DNA of 56,273 nucleotides, filler included, from Basidiobolus ranarum (Eukaryota): NCBI GenBank assembly GCA_040143965.1. It is 6 parts of 6 records of this genome, joined end to end, with 100 filler letters (N's around TTAATTAATTAA, not from the genome) between each part and the next. Parts side by side here need not be neighbours in the genome. Positions count along the whole stretch, not along the records: positions 37,615 to 46,895 come from JASJQH010000846.1; positions 46,996 to 56,273 come from JASJQH010000847.1; 4 more parts are not named here. One strand, 5' to 3'. Shown piece by piece: positions 37,615 to 49,051 of this stretch (position 1 is its first letter; each line of letters starts with the position of its first letter). The notes under the pieces were generated by a model. It saw only the letters and a program-made list of their open reading frames with translations, ran no database searches and was not told where the DNA came from. The position numbers and the translations under genes were made by a program.

Positions 37615-40600
37615 GATGCAATATTATTGTATCAGATATGAAACAATTGATATCAAGCGTGTCTCGCGAGTCTTACCATCAATATTAAAGCGATACAAAG
37701 TTTTCGTAGCAGCTCTAACGCTTCTAATCCATGCTTCGCAACGTCAACAGAGAACTGGGCTAACTCCAGCTGTCGTTTGAGAACACGTTGATTGATGAGA
37801 TTGTCTTCCACCACCAGAATTTTTCGGTAAGAATCGTGTTCGGGGCTTTGTGGTGTTTGGTGACTTTTAGGTGGATTCTTTTGTTTCATCTTTGAATTTG
37901 ATTTCTTAGGATCTTTTAGTTTGCTTTTCACTAACTTCTCTTTTTTATCTTGTGTAGTTGGTTTCGTGGCATTTACCACTTTTTGGTGGCTTAGATTTGG
38001 CTTTTCCATTAACTGAGGTGAAGATACCTTCGGTCTTGAAACGTCAATATTTTGGTTTTCTTTCATCGACATCTCTGCCTTCAAAATGTCATTTTCATTT
38101 AAGCGCTCACATTTAATGAAAAACGAGAATGTAGTTCCGTGACCTTTAACAGAATTCACTTTTATACCACCACCGTGTAATTCCACTAGCCGCTTACTGA
38201 TGAACAGCCCAAGTCCGCTGCCTCCAAACTCTGCGTAGGTTTTTGGGCTAACTTGAGTAAATCGACGAAAGAGTGATGCCTGTTCCTCCGACGTCATACC
38301 CACCCCACTGTCTTGGATGGAGATTTCTATGTACACAGCATCTGATAGATCAGGTTTTGCACATTCATTGTCCATCTCCTTAATAACATTTTCGGTGGAA
38401 TATTGTTGGATATAGCGAACAGTTCCGGTCGAAGAGGCAGAACTCGAGAGGGAAATAGTATCTTGATCTTGGTCCGATTCATCAGATGCATTAGTACTAT
38501 GTTCAATACGTGAAGAAGAATGTGGTATGGTCTCAGATGCTCCCAACGTAACGGTTATTCGACGTGAGGAAGCCTTCTCAGTGAATCGAATAGCATTAGT
38601 TAAGAAATTAATCCTGTAAAAGTTTGCAGTGATCAGTTTAAATGGCTCCCATTGTGTATAACAGATTATGAGAACTTACAGAACTTGAGATAGACGCGTT
38701 GGATCTCCCTTGACCCAATTGACATTCATCCTTGAGTATCCTTCAGCAACAATAAAATCTACGTCTATACATTTCAACTTTACTTCTGTTTCGAACATAC
38801 GCAGCACATTAGAAACCACGGCGTTAGGCTGGAAATCTGTTTTTGCTAGAACAAGTAAATTCATGCTGATTTTGGACATATTGAGGACATCATCAGCAAT
38901 TTTCTAATAAACCCAATATAGCTCTTAATACATATCAACTTATTACCCCGTATGATGTTGAAAATACCTTTTGATGCTGAGCGCATAAGCTAATTGTGGC
39001 GACCGCTTCTAGATCATTTACTATCTCGGTGCTCAACCAATTCATTACTTTGATAATACTCTCGTTTCGCACATCACTTTGAATTTTTTCCAGACTTTCG
39101 TGTAGGAAATCAGCATTGTGATAAATACCATTTAAAGGATTACGTAGTTCGTGGCATGTCATGTCAATAAACAGCTCCTGTTGTTTTTTGATCTCCTCTG
39201 CATCTTCTGCTCGTCTACGCTGTTGCTGTTCTGCGAGTTGTAGAGCCGACACACGTTCCTTTTCTAGTAGTTTTCTCTCTGTAAGGTCAGTTAGTGTTCC
39301 CACAAAGCCATGGGGCTTCATTTGATTGTCATACTCCACAATAACCTCGCCTTTAATAAAACACAGAATGATCTGTTAAGAAATCGATTTTTTCTTTAGA
39401 TATAAATGAGTTTACCTTGACACCATTTAACTCCACTATTATTTGAACCCCATCTAAATTCAATGATGAAACCTCTAGCTGATTGGATACATTCCTTGAA
39501 TATTAGTGTGGTACGTTCACGATCCTCAGGATAGATGCTTCATTGAAAGTTAATTTCCTTATTAATACTTAACAAACACCATAGATTACGATTTGCTCTA
39601 CCTTGACATGAAATTCACCGCGTTAGGATCTGACCTTCGATCGTGACCGGATATCTCCCACCATTTATCGTTAGTGTATGTTATAAAGCCCTAGGATTTT
39701 CGTAATTTATATTAGTATCTGAATTCCGCGGGGGTAATCTTCTTACAAGTGTAATATAAATGTAATATACTTACGTTCAAATCCAATCGAAATATTCCCA
39801 CAGGACTTAGCTTTGCCAAAACCTTATAGCGTAGCTCACTCTCGGCCAATTCTTTAGTTCGTTCTTTAACGAGTCTTTCCAGCTCCGTTCTTAGCTTACC
39901 AAGTTCTAGATGCGTGTGTACACGAGCAACAAGTTCTTTGGCACTGAACGGCTTCACCAAAAAATCATCTGCACCAGATTTTAATCCTTCTACCTTCGCC
40001 TCTTCACCAGCTCTAGCGCTGAGCAATACTACAGGAATAAATTTGGTACTTTGATTTGCTCTGAGAACTTTGAGTAAACCAAGGCCATCCAAAACGGGCA
40101 TCATAACGTCACTAACAATCAAATCAGGAGGATTTTGTAAAGCTATATTGAAAGCCTCTTCTCCGTTTCCAGCTTCTACGACCTGCCACCATTTGCTCAA
40201 TAGTCCTTTAACATATCGACGCATATCTGCATTATCATCTACAAGAAGAATTCGGGATCCGCAACTAGTGAGCGGAAAAGTATTTCCAATACTGTTGCTA
40301 GAATCAGTACTTGATGTACTAGATAGATATTCAAGATCCTCATCATCTGAAGGTTGCCACTGACGTGCTTCTTCGACCACTGATAAACCATAAGACCAAG
40401 GGCGCTCCATATTTTGCCCATCAATAGACTGTGCTCCTCTCTCTATAAGTTGGTCTGGTGGTAGATGTGTATATCCATACGGGATTGTGATGGTGAATGT
40501 ACTTTTAACCGATGAGTAAATATGAGATTCTGATATTTTAATCGCAACTTCTAACATTGTACTACTAACCTGCCTCTTCCAAACTCACTGCTAACATCGA

Positions 40601-43514
40601 CTTTGCCGCCATGAAGTTTTACCAATTCCTGTGTCAGTGATAATCCAATTCCAGTTCCCTCGTGACTCCGGCCTCTCTGGCCCTCCACTCGATGGAATCG
40701 TTCAAAGATTCTGTGGATTTCGTGAGGCGGGATACCGCTGCCAGTATCCGAAACAGTGAGTATAACACTAGTACGATCAGGGGAAGGGCCCATATTTACT
40801 TTGATAATTCCTTTCATAGTGAATTTAAAAGCATTCCTAAAACGAATTTTTAGATATGACCTTAGAGATATCGTACGCACTAATCCACATACCCTATTAA
40901 GTTGAAAACTATTTTTTCCCACATTTCGGGATCAACCCATACTAATTTTCCACCTTCATCGCATTCTACTTCAAACTTTAGGCCACCCTTTTCAATGGCT
41001 GAACGAAATACACTTGCTAAATCTGCTGTAAACTTCCCGAGATCTGTTTCTTGATATGTTGCCTAAAATATTCGATGGGTATAAGTTTGATACAATTACG
41101 TATAAAAGTTAGATAAATATCCATTATTCCATACCTGTAATCTTCCTGCTTCAATACGACTGAAGTCCAACAGTGAATTTACAAGTCTTAATAATCTCTT
41201 TGAATTACGGTGTACCATATTTAATCTGGTTTTATGATCTAATGTTAAACTATTATCTGCCAATGATTCTTTTATCGGTCCGAGTATTAGAGTAAGTGGT
41301 GTGCGTAATTCATGGGATACGGAGCTGAAGAATGATGTTTTGGCTCGATCGATGGCAGCAAGTGCTTCTACCCGGTTCACTTGGTCTTCGTAGGCGCGAA
41401 TAGTCGCCAAGACGGTGCCTGTTTGACGTGATAACAGCTCTATGAATGTTCTTCAAACGATATTAATACGTTGCAATGGAAAAATATCTAAAAGGTCATA
41501 TTTCAGTTGAACGTACTTATAATCTTCATCATAGCTTCTTCTCGAGTTCAACCCCATTAGCAGCATACCCAGTATACCATCTTGGTCATTCCCAACAATC
41601 GGGCAAGCCACGGCCATTCGTACAGGTTCGTCCCAGCCTCTTGTAGGCAAATCATCGAATAACTCACTAAGATTGTCAATCAATACTACTGCCTTAGTTT
41701 TCATTACTTGGTCAAATATCCTCCTCCAGGGATGATTATCTTCGGACTCAGAAAGACACACTTTACGTGGTGCAGCGATGTGACTATTTGAGATACCAAC
41801 TGTTTCAACTAGCTGAAATATATCGTTAGATTGTCTGTCTTCTTCCTCCTCAAATAGGTCATTATCAGTCGTGGATCCATCAAGGTTTGTACGAGTATAA
41901 AAGAGAGCAAACGGAACATCAAAAACGTTTTCAGTTAGTACTGACCCTATCATACTGAAAACTTCCTCGCAACATTTAGCACCAGCAGTTGTCGCGCCAA
42001 GGTCTCGTAACGTGTTGAGTCGTCGTTCTGAGATAACACGACTTGTACTCTCAATGGAGGGATTTAACAAACCCCCGACTGAACCATCTTCTTGCCTAAT
42101 AGGTATATATGACCACTAATTACGAACGTTAATTCAGGATCAATTATCGCAATTCATTTGAAAATTAATCTTACAGTATGATAGGTTTCTTCGATGAATC
42201 CGCTCCTTGTCATAAACAACAGGTGGTCTTCAGAATAACAATTCTCTCCGCGCATCACACTTTCCGCCATTGGTTTCAAGGTTGGCCATATCTCACTCCA
42301 CCCGTCTGAACCATCCTTACCAAACAGCCACGGATGTTTTCCAGCGGCTACTACACTATATCCATCATTACTTCATTTGGGTTAGATTATGGCTAACAAA
42401 TGTCAGTAAAATATCACCCTTAATTGACTTACTATATTAAAACAAATTTAGGGCCCCACCACACAGCCATAGGAAATGATGATGCCATACAAAGTGATAC
42501 GGCAGTTAGCAAAGACTGTGGCCATTGGGCAATTGGGCCCAAACTACTACTATTCCAGTCATAACATCTCAAGTATTCGCCCATAAAGCCACCACCGGAA
42601 AGTGTATCTATGAACTAGTTTAAATTGATGTTAGAATAAGTCAACTATAGAATGATATACATACAGGCAGGTAAAATTTACTTTAGGTATAGTCTTCCAG
42701 TTCACCTCTTGAAGATTCGTCTGATTATTCTGAGGAACGATATCGGTATGTTCAATAATTTCTGTTGTTGTATTATTGTATTCCAAATTTTTCGTATGTT
42801 CCGTAAAGAAATTTCCCGTTAGAACTATAACGGAGTGTTGGACACAAGTGGAAGTCCACTCAACCTGCGTCCGTGACGAGTTGATGTATGACTTGTCAGG
42901 ATCAAACGTTCGTAAATATGTTATGAGGGTGCTAGTGTCCGATTTGAAGGCTACCTCACGAAGCCAAATGTTTAGAGCTGCTAAATCCTGCTGATCGAAA
43001 AGGCACTGCAAGTCTAAGCTTTTTTCAAGTGTAAAATAAGGCTCAGGCGCAGGTTTATGTTGTAAACCACATAAACCTAGTAGAGTTCCATTTGTATATA
43101 AAAGTAGAGGTAAGGGGTCAATCAATGAATTTTGAGGAAACTTGACAACAAATGCAGGACTTGATAAGCAGTTCAAATATTCTTCTAGCGAAACGGGCAA
43201 TGGTTTAGGGAATACCTCCCAGCCAGGGATAACTGCAGCTCTCAACGAAGGGACAGCATGATAAGCGAATTCGTTCCTTTCTAAATCAAAGTCAAAATGG
43301 TTTGAGTAAAAATGAAAGTTTTACACCTTCGTCCAAGAAACCCCTACCGATAGCGATGATTCTATATTCTTTAGGAAGACTGGCAGCCAGTTCTTTGGCA
43401 GCAGCAATACCTGTAATGACCAAATAACGTTAGGAACTGGTCAAAAATAGGAAAAAGATAAGACTAACCTGCATAAGAAAGACCAATGATGATAACGTTT
43501 TTGGTTTCCGACAT
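37615..43514 (-). CDS. Dual hybrid histidine kinase (PAS-like/PAS-GAF-HisKA-HATPase-REC-PAS-HisKA-HATPase-REC), ~15 exons visible; 3' truncated in the second receiver. The 5' exons encode an AMID-like FAD-binding beta-alpha-beta motif
   Basis: Module 1: DWNSSSLGPIAQWPQSL PAS-type sensor, H-box SSVSHELRTPLTLILGP, N-box EKIVFNLIGNAFKFT, DTGSGIP and GTGIGLSL, REC ILLVDDNADM...SDVMMP...KPFS. Module 2: H-box DMTCHELRNPLNGI, INFLTNAIRFT, DSGVGM and GGSGLGL, REC ILVVEDNLINQ. First exons 43469-43514, 43348-43410 and 42682-43280 join in frame. Confidence 0.9.
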
Positions 43515-43551
43515 TGAAACAGTAATTGTGATTTAAGGTTGGAAAAATGAA

Positions 43552-43566
43552 TTCTTTTATATATTT
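43552..43566 (-). promoter_or_regulatory. TATA-like box upstream of the AMID-like/histidine kinase start codon
   Basis: TATATAAAAG on the minus strand, ~40-50 bp upstream of ATG 43514. Confidence 0.45.
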
Positions 43567-43936
43567 TTTCGCCATTTCATCAATTTAGAGTAGAATGCGT
43601 GCTACCAGAATGCGTGCTACCAGAATCAATCCATAAACTTCACTACTCCAGCAGCAATGAAGAATCCATCCATTAGTAATCAAGCAAAAATCCCCTGGTT
43701 AAATAATTAATAAGCAACTTCATCAACTAGACATCTCCGGCCCTTAGTCTAAAAATTCCCCGATCTTCCGACACGTGACTAAATAGACTTCTGAACTGCG
43801 ATAGAAACACCAGCTAATAGTGGCATTCCTAATGGCTCATAATAATCTACAACTAAATATAACTATATACATTGAATCGGGAAAGAGAAGTATTTATCAA
43901 TAAAAAGCGCTTTATGTAAACACAATATTAAATCAT

Positions 43937-44023
43937 AAGTAGACTGGACTGAGTGTCAATTAGTTTATATGACAAGAACAAGTAGACTGGACTGAATGTC
44001 AATTAGTGTATATGACAAGTAGA
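43937..44023 (+). repeat. 43-bp tandem duplication
   Basis: AAGTAGACTGGACTGA(G/A)TGTCAATTAGT(T/G)TATATGACAAG at 43937 and 43980. Confidence 0.9.
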
Positions 44024-44156
44024 GGAAAAGTGATTGGATATGTACAGTCAGTAAATCAATTGGAGATTATTAAACAACGGGATGGAAGTGGTGCTTATGC
44101 TAGAGTTCTATGCTAGGATTCTATGGGAAGAAGAACTCTCCCCATTTGCTTCAATC

Positions 44157-45745
44157 CTATCGCTTTAAAAACTCCAACAAAGTAGACATCAATTCCACCT
44201 GACGTTCTTGTATCTCAATCTTTTTCTCTCTATGTCGCTCTCTACGTTCCATTTTTTGTTTCAGGAAATCCATACGATCCTGGTGTTTTTTCTGAAGGAA
44301 ACGGAGATATTCTTCAGATTGTTGAAATTGAAAGTGACCACATGGATATTCTTGAAGCTCCTCTAGTTTACGTTTCTCGACCTTGGGTGCTGGACTATGC
44401 TGTGGTGAGCTGTAAGAGACTTCACTCATGTGCGAGTCGCTCTGGCTAGCATCCACAGATTCTAGCATTTGATGAGAGTTAGTTTGCGCGGTAGTCATGG
44501 TTAAACTAGAGATATTAGATCCAGTTGGTTGGAATCCACGCGAATTCACTTCAGTGTCTGGAAATGAGGCCATATTCATATCACCATATGCCACTTGAAC
44601 TGAATGACTCTCAGAAATGACTCCCGAGGCTGGTGTGTTCGGTGTAGATGTTCCATTAGAAACAATCATGCCGGTAGTACCATTCCCTGGGTTGAAATGC
44701 ACTGACTGTGCGCTACCCACCACCTGCTGAGATGACCCCTGCGCGGAATGGTGATTATACTGTGGTAATTGCTGTTGTTGTTGCTGTTGTTGCTGTAACT
44801 GCTGTTGCTGTTGTTGTTGTTGCTGTAATTGTTGTTGCTGTTGCATGGCATGTTGTATATTCTGCTGTTGTACTTGCTGGGCTTGCTGCTGTGCCAACTG
44901 TTGAAGCTGTTGTTGTTGAATATGGTGTGCTTGAGACGACGGAGTTTGAGGCTGTCCATTTGAATCAAAACCTACATTTACTTGCTCGATAGGAGTACAA
45001 CTTTGAGAGATGGCAGGTGAGAGGGTCTCATTCTGTATAGGCATGCCATTTGCATCAACAGGATGATTTCTCATGGAGATAGGCACTGAGGCGCGGTGTA
45101 CCCTAATTGCGTTCATGTCTTCAAAATAGTCATCAGTTTTCTTGGAGCTACCTGGTTGACTATTGTGTTGCAATATTTCCTATAAAAGCCAGTAGAAGAT
45201 TAATATTCAGCGTTGTAGAATATATTATATCAAAACAAATAGATACCTTATATTTACGTTCCAAAGTTTTCCAACGGTTACGACATTGCTCAGCTGAGCG
45301 ATTAAATCCAGATTCAAGCATCTTTCGGTGAAGTCTATCCCACACTGAAGCGTTTCTTTTCATACTTTCAAAATATTCGCGGTGTTCACCGTAGAGTTTG
45401 ATCAAATGTTTGGTTTCATCGTGTCTCCAGTTTTCACTATATCTAGAAGTACCTTTGACGGGGGAAGGACTTTTGTCTACAAATAGAGAAAGATTTGTTA
45501 GTTTAGGTTAATTTTAATAGGTTCTCTCCAAAAAGAGAAGTGAAAGATAACAATACTTTACCAAAGTTGGAAAGGTTTGATCCATTGCTTTGAGAGATTC
45601 CATCGGGAGTAGAATTGATACCAGTGTGAGGTTGATTCTGAAGGATAATATTACGTGAAGGACAGGGAGTTCCTGAAAGTGCGTTGGCTATGGTGCCTGA
45701 TACGCTAGGGATCTGCGTATACAGTGTGGAGGAAGCGGAACTCAT
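44157..45745 (-). CDS. Trihelix (GT-1-like) Myb/SANT DNA-binding protein with polyQ tract and C-terminal coiled coil. Exons 45562-45745, 45247-45476, 44157-45179, ~478 aa
   Basis: ENWRHDETKHLIKLY...VWDRLHRKM...GFNRSAEQCRNRWKTLERKYK, the W..W..C..W trihelix pattern. Introns 45477-45561 and 45180-45246 keep the frame. Confidence 0.85.
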
Positions 45746-46895
45746 ATAGTAACCAAGAAAAAAGAACTTCCAGCTGAGAAGAATAGAGTACGATGGAAAC
45801 TGAGTGAGTGTATTACGGAAGACTAGAAGAAAGTGTAGTGCTCTCGGATAGAATTTGTTTGCGAATCCTAGTACAGAGTGTTCTCGTTTACTACAGGCTA
45901 CCCCTGGCAATATCTATTCCAATAGGATATCAGACCCGAGTTGAACACTCCACGCGCACTGAATCACAATTCGCGTTCATTCAAAGAAAATTTTTACTAA
46001 ATCGAATACTCAACATAAAGACTAATAAAAAGCGATGATATACGGGCTGATAGACTACATATGACATAAGAGATGTTGCTGCATGTATATCCACCCTGTG
46101 ACGTTATAATGAAATTAGAGTACAGAACCACACGAACCACACGAAATGCAAGAGATCATAATCTTAACCCCTGACCTGATGGAGCTGTTCCTAAACGACC
46201 AAACATTGAAATAGTGTATTGTGGAAGCGATATAATTTCCGCCAGATTATTCATGTATACTTCACATATCAGATCACTGTGTCATATACCATATTTACCA
46301 CCATTAACGATCTTTTTTACTATAAACGTCGATATTTACGCTTAGGGATATATGACCATACCACGATATATTAATTAGTATAGCTGATCGCTGTGCCAAA
46401 CGATTGGCTCACAACTGCACAAAAAGATCGAAATGTTTGCATGGATTTTATGCTTTGCAGATGGGTGTTTGTTGATGGTAAGGGGTGTTTCGTTCAAACA
46501 ATACGTTGTGGAGGCCTCTGGTCCTAAATGGACTATATATTAGACTATTCCTAGAGATGTCAAGCGTAGGTGGTGCCACAAACAACTCGTCCTGAAACCT
46601 TCTCAATCCACCAAACTCCCGGTCAATAATGCTGCAAAACGGATTCTTTAAATTATGCCATATCATACCCCAACTCTCACATTATTCACTTTTCATTTAT
46701 AAGTTGGGGGTTTGAAGAGCCGATACCCAATCAGCACCGATAAGTTAGCCTACGACTATTGGCTTATCCCGCAAATCACGGGTCAGAGTATTAGAATGGG
46801 TGGCGTCGTACGTCGTAGAGATTATCCCTGTCTATTCTTTTTTATAGATTTCTCTAAGGCAACAGCTACTTGAACTTTCACCTGTCAGAACATTC

Positions 46896-46995
46896 NNNNN
46901 NNNNNNNNNNNNNNNNNNNNNNNNNNNNNNNNNNNNNNNTTAATTAATTAANNNNNNNNNNNNNNNNNNNNNNNNNNNNNNNNNNNNNNNNNNNN
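46896..46995. other. Artificial contig-joining linker
   Basis: N44-TTAATTAATTAA-N44. Confidence 0.98.
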
Positions 46996-47107
46996 GAGTT
47001 TACCTTTAATCGTATTAGCTTTAGCAAGTATACTTATCGGTTACTTAACTAAAGATATGTTTATTGGTTTAGGTTCTCATTTATTTAGTCATAGTTTATT
47101 CACTCAC
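46996..47107 (+). pseudogene. nad5: Mitochondrial nad5 fragment (NUMT, or mitochondrial chimera at the contig end)
   Basis: Translates from 46997 as SLPLIVLALASILIGYLTKDMFIGLGSHLFSHSLFTH, matching the fungal ND5 C-terminal-region pattern PL..LA..SI..GY..KD.FIGLG....S.F.H. TTA-rich mitochondrial-like codon use; similarity ends abruptly. Confidence 0.8.
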
Positions 47108-47489
47108 AAGGCAGAAATAGCGGTTTAAAGTTGTTGGATGACGCTATTTGTCATGGGTTGATTGAGTATCAGGGTTGTTCAAAAAAAATAGCCTAATCTT
47201 CATCCTCAAAAATAGCCTAATCTTTATCAATAAACAAAGAATCGTAGGAGCTTCTGACCAATTTGATCCTACATACGCTATACCTAATATTATTTCATGA
47301 TTTGTACACTTGTTTTGTAAATAACCCTATTCTCTAATCCATACTATACGTTCAATATTATGGCCCAATCACCAGAAGCCATGACTTTGGATCTGGTCAC
47401 GTGATTTAATGTTTATGTATTGAGAATTAATTGCATAAAGTATAATTAAAATTTAGTGTGTATGCTAATCCATCAAATAAATAATTGGC

Positions 47490-48706
47490 CTAAAGTAGTA
47501 GAGTTGAGGTTGTCTCGGCAATTGTTACTGTTGGGAGTAATGACGGAGTGCCAGCTGACAAAGCAGAGGTAGTAATCACTTCCTGGACCTGCTTAAGAGC
47601 ATCTGGATTGGTAAATGCATCGTATATGCGTGTCCACCCCCAATTCAAGCCCGACATGCCTAACCCTAACCCTGGTATCCACAATCGCTTCTTCAATATG
47701 TATAATACCACCAGCATGAATACAAGGAGTCCAAAGAGAATTAACAAACGGTCGGTCCAGTCGCTTTGCTCTAATTTGGTGATAAGTTGCTTTGAAGCTC
47801 GCATTACTGAGTTAAACCCTCTGTATTCGTTATGTGTAGAGCGAAGCATCTTGGAAGAGTCATCTACAGGCCAGGAATTAATTGATAAGATCAAGGCAAA
47901 CATACTATTGACATTAGTAACTACCTAGAACTTTTGCACTATACGCACTACGTTCAATCTCTTGGGACATCAGTTGTGTGGTTCTTCGGAGTGAGTCAGT
48001 TACATCTGTCGCGGTACGTAGTACTCCATCATTGTTTCTGTTACAAACAATTGAATGTCATAAGAGGATTATCATTTAACACGTTTATCTTGTGTCATCC
48101 ACGAAAGAGAATCCACTCAGATATACTAGGACTGTTGTAAAGCTTTACCTCATATTACGTTGTCGAAGTTCACTTGCTTTGTGTGCATCTTTCAATAAAT
48201 ACTCTCGTTCCAGTCGTGTTTGTCTTTCAATATTTTGCTTAGCAGTTAATATGGTTTTTCGAATGGCCACCTGTAATCTAAGTGTATTCGAAGAATAAAT
48301 AAAAAGTTCTCTATATTTTCATATATGTTTAGAACATACTGCTTTTGGTGTTCCTCATGACGCTCCAGTTTACTTAGCATATTTCTGCGTTCTTCCTCTT
48401 TATCTTGTTCATCACTAATTAGTCTAATTCTCTACAAGAGCTGATTAGTTGACTATTTGAAGTGAAAAAAGTTCAAAAAGGCCTGGTTGAACAATTAAGA
48501 GTAAGAATTCAACAATGTGCCATATAAAATATTCTATTTACCTCAATAGCTTTACCAAATAATCGAAATTTGTCTCGAATTTCTTGAGAAAGTTGTTGGT
48601 TTTCAAATACTGAGTTGGAATTATTGAGTTTTGTGAGAAGTCTTTCTATTTCTAGTTCACTTTTATCAAGTTGGTCATAAAGCCGTTGGATCTCAGTTGC
48701 TTCCAT
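47490..48706 (-). CDS. SEC20: Sec20/BNIP1 ER SNARE. Exons 48542-48706, 48340-48431, 48149-48277, 47925-48037, 47490-47863, ~290 aa
   Basis: DVTDSLRRTTQLMSQEIERS...LDDSSKML...Y.GF..VM.ASKQLITKLEQSDWTDRLL followed by a TM segment and KKRL. Four GT-AG introns give a continuous frame. Confidence 0.9.
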
Positions 48707-49051
48707 GCCTTGTTTTTGGTTATCTTGGTACGTATTTAAGAGAGAGCTTGTATGCTTTGTTAAAAAAAGTATGAATTGTGTGGATAGAGTGACGTCTGGT
48801 TAATAATTTTAATTTATTGAATCAGAAACAGTGAGTTCATCCATTCCTTATACTGGTGAATTGATCGAAATCATCATTTAATAATGGATATGTGAGTTGA
48901 ATGATCGGAATTTAGTGATCGACATAGAAAGGAAATTTATTGATGGAGATAAATACACTATAATGATATATATAAAAGAGCGAAATACAATTTAAAGATT
49001 TATATACATAGTCTATAGTTTGTATGGCAGTTTATAGAGCATGAGATAGAC

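Noticed and set aside
9319-46995. Repeated TTAATTAATTAA as a biological repeat, and gene clusters spanning it
   Set aside because: It is always flanked by exactly 44 Ns on each side; it is a synthetic concatenation linker.
18553-47405. GTCACGTG (Cbf1/CDEI-like) sites at ~18553, ~43773 and ~47396
   Set aside because: Isolated 8-mers on different contigs; cannot be called functional from sequence alone.
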